Positions 1 through 8,515 of a DNA stretch of 64,000 nt are shown piece after piece (positions within the stretch are counted from its first letter, which is position 1; each line of letters opens with the position of its first letter). The notes below the pieces were generated by a model that ran no database searches, was not told where the DNA came from, and saw only the letters and a program-made list of their open reading frames with translations. The position numbers and the translations under genes are program-made. The DNA is from Candidatus Nomurabacteria bacterium GW2011_GWC2_42_20 (GTDB lineage: Bacteria; Patescibacteriota; Minisyncoccia; Phycocordibacterales; UBA1550). The stretch covers positions 35,178-99,177 of the forward strand of contig LCDG01000002.1 of NCBI GenBank assembly GCA_000998425.1, given 5' to 3'.

Positions 1-289
1 TTATCGTTGTTATTGTCGTTGTGGCCTTGTTCCCGTCTAGAGAGATGATTTCCTGCGCATCAATCGCGTCTAAATTCATTATGCGATACATGGCGTCTTC
101 GCTTCCTGCTTCAGAGAGGTAATACGCGCCTCTTGATCTTTCAAATTCGCGAACTGTTACATACTCGCGAACAACAGGGGATGACATACCTATCGCCACT
201 GTGACGGAAATAATTACAAAAAACATGACTGCAGTGATGAGGGCTGCTCCTCTGTTCTTTGATATAAATGAATTTATTTTGTGCTTCAT
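1..289 (-). CDS. PilX-like type IV pilus minor pilin, 5' part of a paralogous copy (gene runs off the window start)
   Basis: nt 1-310 align at about 85-90% identity with nt 1390-1700. ATG is at complement 287-289. The encoded N-terminus MKHKINSFISKNRGAALITAVMFFVIIS is a PilX_N-type hydrophobic segment. Confidence 0.5.
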   Translation of the reverse strand, partial: MKHKINSFISKNRGAALITAVMFFVIISVTVAIGMSSPVVREYVTVREFERSRGAYYLSEAGSEDAMYRIMNLDAIDAQEIISLDGNKATTTITTI

Positions 290-333
290 AAAATTAAGGA
301 TTGACTATCACACTCTCATCGTATCACGCATAA

Positions 334-1137
334 TTACTGACCCTCCTTCCAATCCTGTATTGTCCATGACCCACCAGGGCCAGATGTAAACAACGCATTT
401 TGTAGACCAGACTGATAGGTAATATTTGCACTGTTTGCAAGTGTAATTTTGTAGCCTGTAACCTCTCTCGCTGATGTGTTGTTCATTAGAAGGATGTCTC
501 CAAGTCGCGCGTATAAAATAACCTCACCGGTTGCGCCATCTTGCACCTCTATCGCTTCACTAATTGTTCCCAATGACGCGCCATTGTTTTCCGAAAGAAG
601 CATAATCCAAGAATTTACACCCGCGCCTTCAAAAACAGGGTTATCGTCTTTTACGTCTATAGTGCTGCTGTTAATTAGGTCACTTGGATTATCAGCAATC
701 ATCACCATGCTTAAGCCCTGTCCAGAAATGGAAGGGTCTACGCGTATAGTCAAATACCCCTCGATGTCTATATTCCCTTTAGCCCACACCGGTCCCATAA
801 GTGTAATAGTTGGAGCATCACCAGGGTCTAATGCTCCTTCAATAGACAGGTCACATTGTATTTCCACTGGACCTAGGTTTCGTGATGAGTTTATTATATA
901 TGTATACTCATACGTACCGTCCCCTTCAAGATGTGATGAGCATTCTGCTTGCGTAATCACCCCACCTGCTGTCGCAGCAGCCTCCCATGATTCTATTTGT
1001 GGACGTTGAATAGGGAGTTCTACTGGTGCTTGTGTCCCCCATGGGTAGGTGCATGAACCACGGTTTGAACCAGAGATTGTGTTACAGGTTACAGTAGTAC
1101 TTGCAATAATAGAGCTGTATATCTTGTTTGCATACAT
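334..1137 (-). CDS. hypothetical protein, possibly the C-terminal portion of the upstream PilX-like gene after a frameshift
   Basis: 267-aa ORF. Its start overlaps the stop of ORF 1089..1682 by 49 nt in the +1 frame, with a TAA 7 codons upstream of the ATG. No recognisable motifs. Confidence 0.35.
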   Translation of the reverse strand: MYANKIYSSIIASTTVTCNTISGSNRGSCTYPWGTQAPVELPIQRPQIESWEAAATAGGVITQAECSSHLEGDGTYEYTYIINSSRNLGPVEIQCDLSIEGALDPGDAPTITLMGPVWAKGNIDIEGYLTIRVDPSISGQGLSMVMIADNPSDLINSSTIDVKDDNPVFEGAGVNSWIMLLSENNGASLGTISEAIEVQDGATGEVILYARLGDILLMNNTSAREVTGYKITLANSANITYQSGLQNALFTSGPGGSWTIQDWKEGQ

Positions 1138-1682
1138 TGATGCAGTACCTCGATATTATCGGTAGCTGATGAGCCGTTGAGGCAGTTAGAGCCAGTCTTA
1201 CCACCTCCGCACACTGGACCAGTTGAGTACAGGTTGCCAGTGATTGAAGACGTAGAACTCATATACACACCACCATCACCTGCCTGCACTCCATAATTAA
1301 ACGATGCGCCACTTACTACCGTGAGTGTAGACTTCACACGACGAGTATTAAAAAGAATATCCCCGATTGAACCAATGGTCTTTTTTATTGCACTTATTGT
1401 TGTTATTGTCGTTGTGGCCTTGTTCCCGTCTAGAGAGATGACTTCCTGCGCATCAATCGCGTCTAAATTCATTATGCGATACATTGCGTCTTCGCTTCCT
1501 GCTTCAGAGAGGTAATACGCGCCTTTTGATTTTTCAAATTCCCTCACTGTCACATAGTCACGGAAAACTGAGGTTGATATCCCAGTCACCACCACAAGTG
1601 AAATAATTACAAAAAACATGACCGCCGTAATGAGGGCTGCCCCCCGTTTTTTTGCAAATAATGAATTTATTTTGTGTTTCAT
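1089..1682 (-). CDS. type IV pilus minor pilin, PilX-like N-terminal domain
   Basis: N-terminus ...KKRGAALITAVMFFVIISLVVVTGIST matches the PilX_N-type leader and hydrophobic helix. It lies at the distal end of the pseudopilin operon. Confidence 0.55.
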   Translation of the reverse strand: MKHKINSLFAKKRGAALITAVMFFVIISLVVVTGISTSVFRDYVTVREFEKSKGAYYLSEAGSEDAMYRIMNLDAIDAQEVISLDGNKATTTITTISAIKKTIGSIGDILFNTRRVKSTLTVVSGASFNYGVQAGDGGVYMSSTSSITGNLYSTGPVCGGGKTGSNCLNGSSATDNIEVLHQCMQTRYTALLLQVLL

Positions 1683-1693
1683 AAAATTAAGGA

Positions 1694-2224
1694 TTAATGT
1701 GCTGATCCACGCAATACTATTGTATCATAAAACTTTGTCGTCTTTATTAATTCTGACCGGGAGTCAGTGATTGTCATTTCTATCTTTACCGCCTTTGATT
1801 TTGGTGTTGTTATCGAGCGAAATACAAGATTTGTAAAAGTTACTCCCTTTGTCACAAGAGGCCCCTTTTCTACACCACCCTCTTTAAGCCTAAGCTGGTT
1901 TCCTGCATCCACGTAAAACTCCATAGTCGTATTGTTGCCACCTGAATCTTTTGTATTAAGGGTAAGTCTCCCAGGACTTGTACCAAAAGTACTCTGCGCC
2001 GAATCAATATCGTACGCATTACGGATTTCACGACCCATTCGCTCTAGCGCGACTGTAGCCGACTGGTTTAAGTTTTGAGTAAGACGCAGAGAGTAAAAAG
2101 ATTTCATCACCATAATGGTCGCATTCACAGCAAGAACTGAGAGTATAGTAAAAAATGCGACATAAATAATCATTTCAACGAGCGTGAATCCGGTGTGTTT
2201 GGAATGATGATTGTTGAATTTCAT
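1694..2224 (-). CDS. pseudopilin with prepilin-type N-terminal cleavage/methylation domain
   Basis: N-terminus ...KHTGFTLVEMIIYVAFFTILSV has G|FTLVE with E at +5. Confidence 0.65.
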   Translation of the reverse strand: MKFNNHHSKHTGFTLVEMIIYVAFFTILSVLAVNATIMVMKSFYSLRLTQNLNQSATVALERMGREIRNAYDIDSAQSTFGTSPGRLTLNTKDSGGNNTTMEFYVDAGNQLRLKEGGVEKGPLVTKGVTFTNLVFRSITTPKSKAVKIEMTITDSRSELIKTTKFYDTIVLRGSAH

Positions 2225-2225
2225 A

Positions 2226-2717
2226 TCAATTATTAAAAATATTTACTACATATGCCTTTACAGCGCGTGTTGTTGTCCCTGCAATAGGGCTACTCCAGGC
2301 TACTGACATTGTAACAAGCTTGATGTCGGGATCATATGTCCCAGAGGATGAAATATCACTGTTTGCGTCCCTCTTTACATCAGTAAGTGTGAATTTACGC
2401 TCAAACTTACCATCAATAAAAGTGTTTGTTGTCGTTGTTGCCCATGTTGTGCCATTCCATGTTAAATAATATGTAGTGGTTGTAGACATATTTTTAAAAT
2501 AATTTGTGTAACCAGTGTCACGAAAGAGCTTCATTGTTTCCATTCCCTCCTCAAGAAGATAGTCGCCTTGGACCAAGGATTGTGTAATGCCACTCGTACG
2601 CAATGTTGATTGAAAAAAATTTGATATACCCAATAGTGCCACCGAGAGAACAGCAGAACCGATGATCATTTCTATTAAACCGAAACCGCTGGTATAGATT
2701 TTTGTTTTATGATTCAT
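2226..2717 (-). CDS. pseudopilin (PilV-like) with prepilin-type N-terminal domain
   Basis: N-terminus ...SGFGLIEMIIGSAVLSVALLG. Confidence 0.65.
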   Translation of the reverse strand: MNHKTKIYTSGFGLIEMIIGSAVLSVALLGISNFFQSTLRTSGITQSLVQGDYLLEEGMETMKLFRDTGYTNYFKNMSTTTTYYLTWNGTTWATTTTNTFIDGKFERKFTLTDVKRDANSDISSSGTYDPDIKLVTMSVAWSSPIAGTTTRAVKAYVVNIFNN

Positions 2718-2725
2718 AGTTTTGT

Positions 2726-3220
2726 CTAATTGATCGTTACAATACCTGTTGGAAGAACCAATATTGTCGTACTCGATGTAGTGCCAACAACCAATAGAGT
2801 TGTTGTTGCATTTTGACTTGTTGCGCCAGTGATTTTTTCAAAAAGAAGCTCTGATCCGCCACCATTTATAACGATTGGTGACAAAATAACAGCAGTATCA
2901 AACACATGTTCCTCATTTGTAGTTGCACTAGGAGAATATGTATCACCCTGGAAAAGAACCACCTTCCCAGCCTCAAAATGAACCCCAAATTGATCATCAT
3001 ACTTTGACGATACAGAGAGTATGCGCGCTCGGTTAATTATAGAAACTAGCTCCTGCGATTCAGTGTTCAAAAGACTGCTTCGTCTAAAGTTTGTAAAAGA
3101 TGGCAGTATGGTCGCCAAAATAACCCCCATGATAGCTATCACAATCAGTAACTCGAGGGCGGTAAAACCACGACGAACCGAATATTGAATATTGAATGTT
3201 GAATGTTGAATTGCTGGCAT
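2726..3220 (-). CDS. pseudopilin (GspH/FimT-like) with prepilin-type N-terminal domain
   Basis: ...VRRGFTALELLIVIAIMGV. Start preferred at Met14 (complement 3218-3220) because of the upstream AGGAAGTTGAAATG RBS. The longest ORF extends to 3259. Confidence 0.6.
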   Translation of the reverse strand: MPAIQHSTFNIQYSVRRGFTALELLIVIAIMGVILATILPSFTNFRRSSLLNTESQELVSIINRARILSVSSKYDDQFGVHFEAGKVVLFQGDTYSPSATTNEEHVFDTAVILSPIVINGGGSELLFEKITGATSQNATTTLLVVGTTSSTTILVLPTGIVTIN

Positions 3221-3275
3221 TTCAACTTCCTGTCTTGTATTTTTTATTCTATATTCCATATTCTATATTCTACAC

Positions 3276-4496
3276 TTAAATATTGCTCATTACTGAATAC
3301 ATTGGAGAGATCATCGATATCGCAAAAAATCCAACCGCGCCTCCAATGAACACCATAAGGAGCGGTTCAATAACAGTAGACATGTTTTTTGTCGCCTCAC
3401 TAACCTCATTTTCATAAAACAGAGCGAGATTAAGCAACATCTCTGAAAGCTTGCCTGTCTCCTCGCCAACTTCAACCATGTCACCAACCAATAACGGGTA
3501 AATATCATTTCCCATAAATGATGATGAAAGTGGTTTACCTTTTTGTACACTCTCGGCTGCGACATTCATCACCTCTTTATAGTATGAATTTTGCAAAACA
3601 TCCTTCGTTATATTTATTGCCTCTACCATATCAACACCAGAAGCAAGAAGCGACGACAATGTGCGCGCAGTACGAGCAGAATTTGATTGACGAACAAGGT
3701 CTCCAACAACTGGCAAACGAAATGACACCTTTTCAAAAGCTCGACGTCCACCCTTTGTACGAAGAAGCATTATAAAGGCGGTAATAATGCCAATGATCCC
3801 AACGATTCCCAACAAAAGGTTGTTTGTAAGAAAATCAGAGATCCACATAATAATCTTTGTGCTTGTCGGGAGCTCTGTGTTCAGCTCTTTAAATGTTGCA
3901 GCGAGGGTAGGCACGACATAAATGAACATCAGCACACCAATGATAAAGAGTGTTGCAATAACCACCGTAGGGTATATCAGCGCGCCTTTTATTTTCTTCT
4001 TCAATAAGTAGCTCTTTTCAAGCTGGTCTCCGATAACAAGAAGTGATTCTGAAAGTCCACCAGACTCCTCTCCTGCGCGAACCATTGAAACAAAGATTGG
4101 TGAAAAAACTTTTGGGAATTTTGCCATTCCAGCAGAAAGCGTTGACCCCTTGCCAATCTCATCAATCAGAGTTTTTAACGTTTTTTTGAGGGCTGGATTT
4201 TTTGTTTGTCGTTCTTGAATAGATATACCACGAGACAACGACAGCCCTGCTTTCATCATTGAGCTTAGGTTGTGCGCAAATACGATTAACTCTTGTACCT
4301 TTACACGAGAGAGTTTCTCGTTTATCGTGTCCATGTTTATGTTAAAAGTAAGTCCAGTTTTTACTTCCTCTACCGATATCACTGTTTTGCCAGCGCTTCT
4401 CAAATCAGCAGCAACAGTAAAACGATCTGCGCCTTCAACCTCTCCTGTTGCGTCTTCGCCGGATAGTTCTCGTACTTTATATTTAAATTTTGCCAT
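3276..4496 (-). CDS. pilC: type IV pilus assembly platform protein PilC (GspF family)
   Basis: 406 aa. Two T2SSF-like repeats and three TM segments. Sits directly downstream of the PilB ATPase. Confidence 0.85.
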   Translation of the reverse strand: MAKFKYKVRELSGEDATGEVEGADRFTVAADLRSAGKTVISVEEVKTGLTFNINMDTINEKLSRVKVQELIVFAHNLSSMMKAGLSLSRGISIQERQTKNPALKKTLKTLIDEIGKGSTLSAGMAKFPKVFSPIFVSMVRAGEESGGLSESLLVIGDQLEKSYLLKKKIKGALIYPTVVIATLFIIGVLMFIYVVPTLAATFKELNTELPTSTKIIMWISDFLTNNLLLGIVGIIGIITAFIMLLRTKGGRRAFEKVSFRLPVVGDLVRQSNSARTARTLSSLLASGVDMVEAINITKDVLQNSYYKEVMNVAAESVQKGKPLSSSFMGNDIYPLLVGDMVEVGEETGKLSEMLLNLALFYENEVSEATKNMSTVIEPLLMVFIGGAVGFFAISMISPMYSVMSNI

Positions 4497-4604
4497 TGTT
4501 CTTAATAGTATACCAACAAAAAAGTTTGGCGACTAGAAGAATTGATAAATTCAACCAACGGCTCATTCCCGCCAATTTGAGCCTTGGATTCCGGCACACA
4601 TCCT

Positions 4605-4718
4605 CAGAGCGAGCTAAATTGCTTTTTAGGGGGTTGTGAGTGTGTCGACACGAAACAGTTCAGACTTTTTAAAGCTTCAAAAAAGTCGTACCCTAAAAAG
4701 CAATTTAGCGAGCGTCCC
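4605..4718. promoter_or_regulatory. 19-bp perfect inverted repeat (GCTAAATTGCTTTTTAGGG / CCCTAAAAAGCAATTTAGC) enclosing ~60 nt in the pilB-pilC spacer
   Basis: Read directly from the sequence. The loop contains a 10-bp palindrome GTGTCGACAC and an A/T-rich hairpin gacttttt...aaaaagtc. Confidence 0.5.
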
Positions 4719-6467
4719 TTACTCCGACACCACGCGAAGCACCTCCTCTATCGTCGTAACTCCCTGCATTGATTTTATGATTCCATCTTCAAGCATCGTT
4801 GTCATACCCTCCTTCTTTGCCTGAACCTCGATCTCTGTGGCTGTGGCACCTTTAATAATGAGCTCGCGTATAGCTGGCGACATTTTCATTACTTCATGAA
4901 TACCGACGCGTCCCTTGTACCCATCCTCGCTCTCTGAAGATTTTTTAGGGCGATAAAAAGGCACGTCTTTCCATTCATCTGTTGGCGCTATAAGTTTTTC
5001 TTCTTTCAAAACATTTATTATCCGGTCTAGGTCTACGGATTTCCCCAGTATTTCAACCTCTTCCTGACTCAGAAAATATTTTTCTTTTACACTGCAAAGG
5101 CGTCGCACGAGACGCTGCCCAATAATTACATTAACTGTTGAGACAATAAGAAATGCCTCTATGTCCATATCAAGAAGGCGTGGCATTGTTGCAGCAGCTG
5201 AGTTGGTGTGCAGTGTCGAAAGCACGAGATGCCCTGTGAGTGCCGCATTGACTGCAAGAGATGCAGTTTCTGTATCACGGATTTCGCCGACCATAATAAT
5301 GTCTGGGTCTTGACGGACAAGAGAACGAAGTCCATTCGCAAAAGTAAGCCCGATTTCTGATTTAACTTGCGTTTGGTTAACGCGAGTCATTTGATATTCA
5401 ATAGGATCTTCAATTGTAGATATGTTCACGTCTGGTGTGTTTAAAATATCCAAAATCGTATACAACGTTGTAGTCTTACCAGAGCCGGTGGGCCCAGTTG
5501 TTAATATCATTCCAACTCGCTGTTTTGTCGCTTCATAAATACGCTCAAGTCCAAGACCGTGAAAACCGAGACTTTCTAGAGAAAAGCCAGACACTGATTC
5601 TCGGAGAAGACGCATAACTGTTTTTTCCCCAAAATAAACTGGTAATATAGACACACGAAATGCGACCTTTTCACCAGCGGATTCTATTTTAAAACGTCCG
5701 TCTTGTGGGAGTCGCTTTTCATCAAGTTTAAGATTTGCTAGAACCTTGATGCGCGCGACGATGCCAGACGCAGCAGTTTTTGGAAGCGTCATTGCATCAT
5801 GCAGGAGACCGTCGATACGATAGCGAATAACCACCTGCGTGTCCAATGGTTCAATATGAATATCAGAAGCACCTTGTGTAATAGCATGACTCAATAGTGA
5901 ATCTACTATTTTTACAACAGGTAGATCCTCAGCAAGTTTTTTCAGATCATCCTCACTTTGAGGTTCCGCACCGGCTGTAGCTGCTTTTAGTGTGCCTGAT
6001 TCTTTTTCAATAATATCGCCGAACTCGGCCTTTAGGCTCCTTTGATATTGCAAGAGCATTCCTTTAATTGATTCTTCGTCAGTAAGTCTTGGGAGAATTT
6101 TTAATCCGACTTTCTTTTTAACAAAATCTATCGCGGTAAGGTCATCTGTATCGAGCATCGCAACCTCGAGGGCTGTAGGTGTCTTCTTGAATGCGATAAT
6201 ATTATGCTTTCTCGCAATTGGTTCAGGGATAAGAGAAAGGACATCAAACTCAACCTTCTGAGTTTTCAGATTAACAAACGGGATACCAAGAATATACGCT
6301 TCAGTACGACGAAGGTCATCATCAGAAAGTTTCCCTTCGGAAACAAGCATATCACCAAGGTATGTCTTCTTTTCTTCAGCTCGTTTTGCAACTTCATCTA
6401 GTTCCGTGCGTGGCACAAGCCCAGAGTCTGCAATAAAATCTTTAAGTTGTTTGTTGTTGACGGTCAT
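4719..6467 (-). CDS. pilB: type IV pilus assembly ATPase PilB (GspE family)
   Basis: 582 aa. Walker A GPTGSGKTT, Asp/His boxes, and an N-terminal GSPII_E_N-like domain. Confidence 0.9.
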   Translation of the reverse strand: MTVNNKQLKDFIADSGLVPRTELDEVAKRAEEKKTYLGDMLVSEGKLSDDDLRRTEAYILGIPFVNLKTQKVEFDVLSLIPEPIARKHNIIAFKKTPTALEVAMLDTDDLTAIDFVKKKVGLKILPRLTDEESIKGMLLQYQRSLKAEFGDIIEKESGTLKAATAGAEPQSEDDLKKLAEDLPVVKIVDSLLSHAITQGASDIHIEPLDTQVVIRYRIDGLLHDAMTLPKTAASGIVARIKVLANLKLDEKRLPQDGRFKIESAGEKVAFRVSILPVYFGEKTVMRLLRESVSGFSLESLGFHGLGLERIYEATKQRVGMILTTGPTGSGKTTTLYTILDILNTPDVNISTIEDPIEYQMTRVNQTQVKSEIGLTFANGLRSLVRQDPDIIMVGEIRDTETASLAVNAALTGHLVLSTLHTNSAAATMPRLLDMDIEAFLIVSTVNVIIGQRLVRRLCSVKEKYFLSQEEVEILGKSVDLDRIINVLKEEKLIAPTDEWKDVPFYRPKKSSESEDGYKGRVGIHEVMKMSPAIRELIIKGATATEIEVQAKKEGMTTMLEDGIIKSMQGVTTIEEVLRVVSE

Positions 6468-6616
6468 GAAGGTTAATGGAATTTAGGATTACAAATTAGT
6501 ATCATAATTTTCTAAATTCTATATTCTACCAATCTAGTATAGCAAATATATTAATACATAGCTGTGTAAAACTAAAAAGAAAAGGCGACATCACTGTCGC
6601 CTTTGTTTATTTATTT

Positions 6617-6874
6617 TTAGTGGTGCGGTTCGATATACTCAACTGCAACCACTGAGCTAGTGTGAATACTGCCCAGCATCATCCTATGCCCGAGCTCGAG
6701 GTATACATCGCGCCCAGTGACGCTTTCATCAACTGAAACCCGCTTGGATGGCTTTATTGTTTCAATTTTTGTGGCTTTGTATAAAACGACACCTCCATCG
6801 CAAATTGGCTCAACTCTGTATACAGAGTTTTTTGTATGGACATTCATTGGTTCAACAACCTTTATGCGTGCCAT
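6617..6874 (-). CDS. hypothetical small protein
   Basis: 85-aa ORF, no recognised motif. Confidence 0.3.
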   Translation of the reverse strand: MARIKVVEPMNVHTKNSVYRVEPICDGGVVLYKATKIETIKPSKRVSVDESVTGRDVYLELGHRMMLGSIHTSSVVAVEYIEPHH

Positions 6875-7036
6875 AATAATCCTCCTATTTTCAAATATTT
6901 AAAAATAACAAATAAATTTCTAAATTCAACATACAATACTTCTCACAAAGTACCACTTTTAAAAATAAAGTCAAGTTTGACATACTGTAATGATTTAGTA
7001 TAGTGAGTGGGTTAATGTCCGTCCCGAAAGCGGGCT

Positions 7037-7160
7037 TTTTTATTAGCGACGCAGACGAATTAGCAAATTCGCGTCTTGGACGAAGATGAAACAGAAAGTA
7101 ATCACTTTCTCATTTCCGAGCCGACACGTAAGTCAATTTGCTAATTGAGGAGCTAATATT
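7037..7160 (+). repeat. intergenic repeat element, copy A (family ttttATTAGCGACGyAGA...TTCCGAGCCGA...)
   Basis: About 85% identical to the reverse complement of 61059..61180. Shares its 5' module with 55986..56147. Follows a hairpin plus T-run at 7017..7042. Confidence 0.6.
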
Positions 7161-7192
7161 TATTAATATTAGAAAAATCACCAGAAAATATC

Positions 7193-8491
7193 ATGTTAGA
7201 CTTAAAAACACTAGGGTCAGCACTTGAACAACTCGAATCAGAGCGTGGCATTCCTCGTGCAAAAATTATCGAGGCAATAGAGCAAGCTCTCGCGGCGGCA
7301 TATAAAAAAGACTTCGGTAAAAAGGGTCAAATAGTGCGCGCTGTTTTTGATATAAATTCTGGCAAGACAGAGTTCATCCAGGTCAAAATCGTTGTTGACG
7401 AGCAAGCAGTACGCATGCCAGAAGACACAGACGAGGAAGCGGATGCAAAAGAAAAAGCTCTCAACGCAAATGTTTCAGAAGGTGAGGAAATTTCACTACG
7501 ACGGTTCAGTCCTGAACACGATATTCTCCTTGCAGATGCTCGCAGGATCAAGCGTGATGCTGTTTCTGGTGATGAGGTAATTTTCCCACTTGAAGCGCAA
7601 GAGGACTATGGCCGCATTGCAGCGCAGACTGCAAAACAGGTGATTATTCAGCGTATTCGCGAGGCAGAGAAAGTGTCTATTGTTGGCGAGTATGGTGGAA
7701 AGGTTGGCGATATAGTACAAGGATCCGTGCAGAGAATGGAGCGTGGTAACATTTTTGTTGACCTAGGAAAGACAACAGGTCTCCTTGCATACGAAGATCA
7801 GATTCCTAGCGAAAGATACAAGCAGGGCGAACGTATTAGCGCATATTTATACAAGGTTGAAGAAACTCCACGTGGAATAGATGTACGCCTTTCTAGAGCG
7901 CATCCAAAGATGATTGAAAAACTCTTTGCCCAAGAAGCGCCAGAGGTTGCAACGGGAACTGTACAGATAAAAGCGGTTGCCAGAGAGGCTGGATCACGCG
8001 CAAAAGTTGCGGTGGCTTCAAGCGACGAGCATATCGACCCGATTGGCTCATGTGTTGGACAGCGCGGAGTTCGTGTTTCAACTGTGATGAGCGAGCTTGG
8101 TGGTGAAAAAATTGACCTCATTGTATGGTCAGAAGATGCAAAAAAGTTTATTGAGGACTCGCTTTCCCCAGCACAGGTTCAGTCAGTTGTACTCGACGAA
8201 GAGAAACACCAAGCAACCGTAGCAGTTTCTGCCGACCAGCAATCACTTGCTATTGGTCGTGGAGGTCAAAACGTGCGTCTTGCTGCAAAGCTCACTGGGT
8301 GGAAGCTCGATATCGTTGGTCTTCCTGGTGAAATTGTAGCAGAAGCGACAGCAGACGGCGCGGTTACTATCGAAAAGGCAACTCCTGAATCAGCAGACGG
8401 GTCAGCAGAGCCGCTTCTGGAAGCACGTCTGGACGCTGAAGGACTTAGGGTTGTAGAAGAAGGAGCAAATGCCCCTACAGATGCGGAGTAA
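7193..8491 (+). CDS. nusA: transcription termination/antitermination factor NusA
   Basis: N-terminus MLDLK...LEQLESERGIP. S1 and KH regions. C-terminal extension. Confidence 0.9.
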   Translation: MLDLKTLGSALEQLESERGIPRAKIIEAIEQALAAAYKKDFGKKGQIVRAVFDINSGKTEFIQVKIVVDEQAVRMPEDTDEEADAKEKALNANVSEGEEISLRRFSPEHDILLADARRIKRDAVSGDEVIFPLEAQEDYGRIAAQTAKQVIIQRIREAEKVSIVGEYGGKVGDIVQGSVQRMERGNIFVDLGKTTGLLAYEDQIPSERYKQGERISAYLYKVEETPRGIDVRLSRAHPKMIEKLFAQEAPEVATGTVQIKAVAREAGSRAKVAVASSDEHIDPIGSCVGQRGVRVSTVMSELGGEKIDLIVWSEDAKKFIEDSLSPAQVQSVVLDEEKHQATVAVSADQQSLAIGRGGQNVRLAAKLTGWKLDIVGLPGEIVAEATADGAVTIEKATPESADGSAEPLLEARLDAEGLRVVEEGANAPTDAE

Positions 8492-8515
8492 TTATTCATT
8501 TTAATTCAACCCCCT

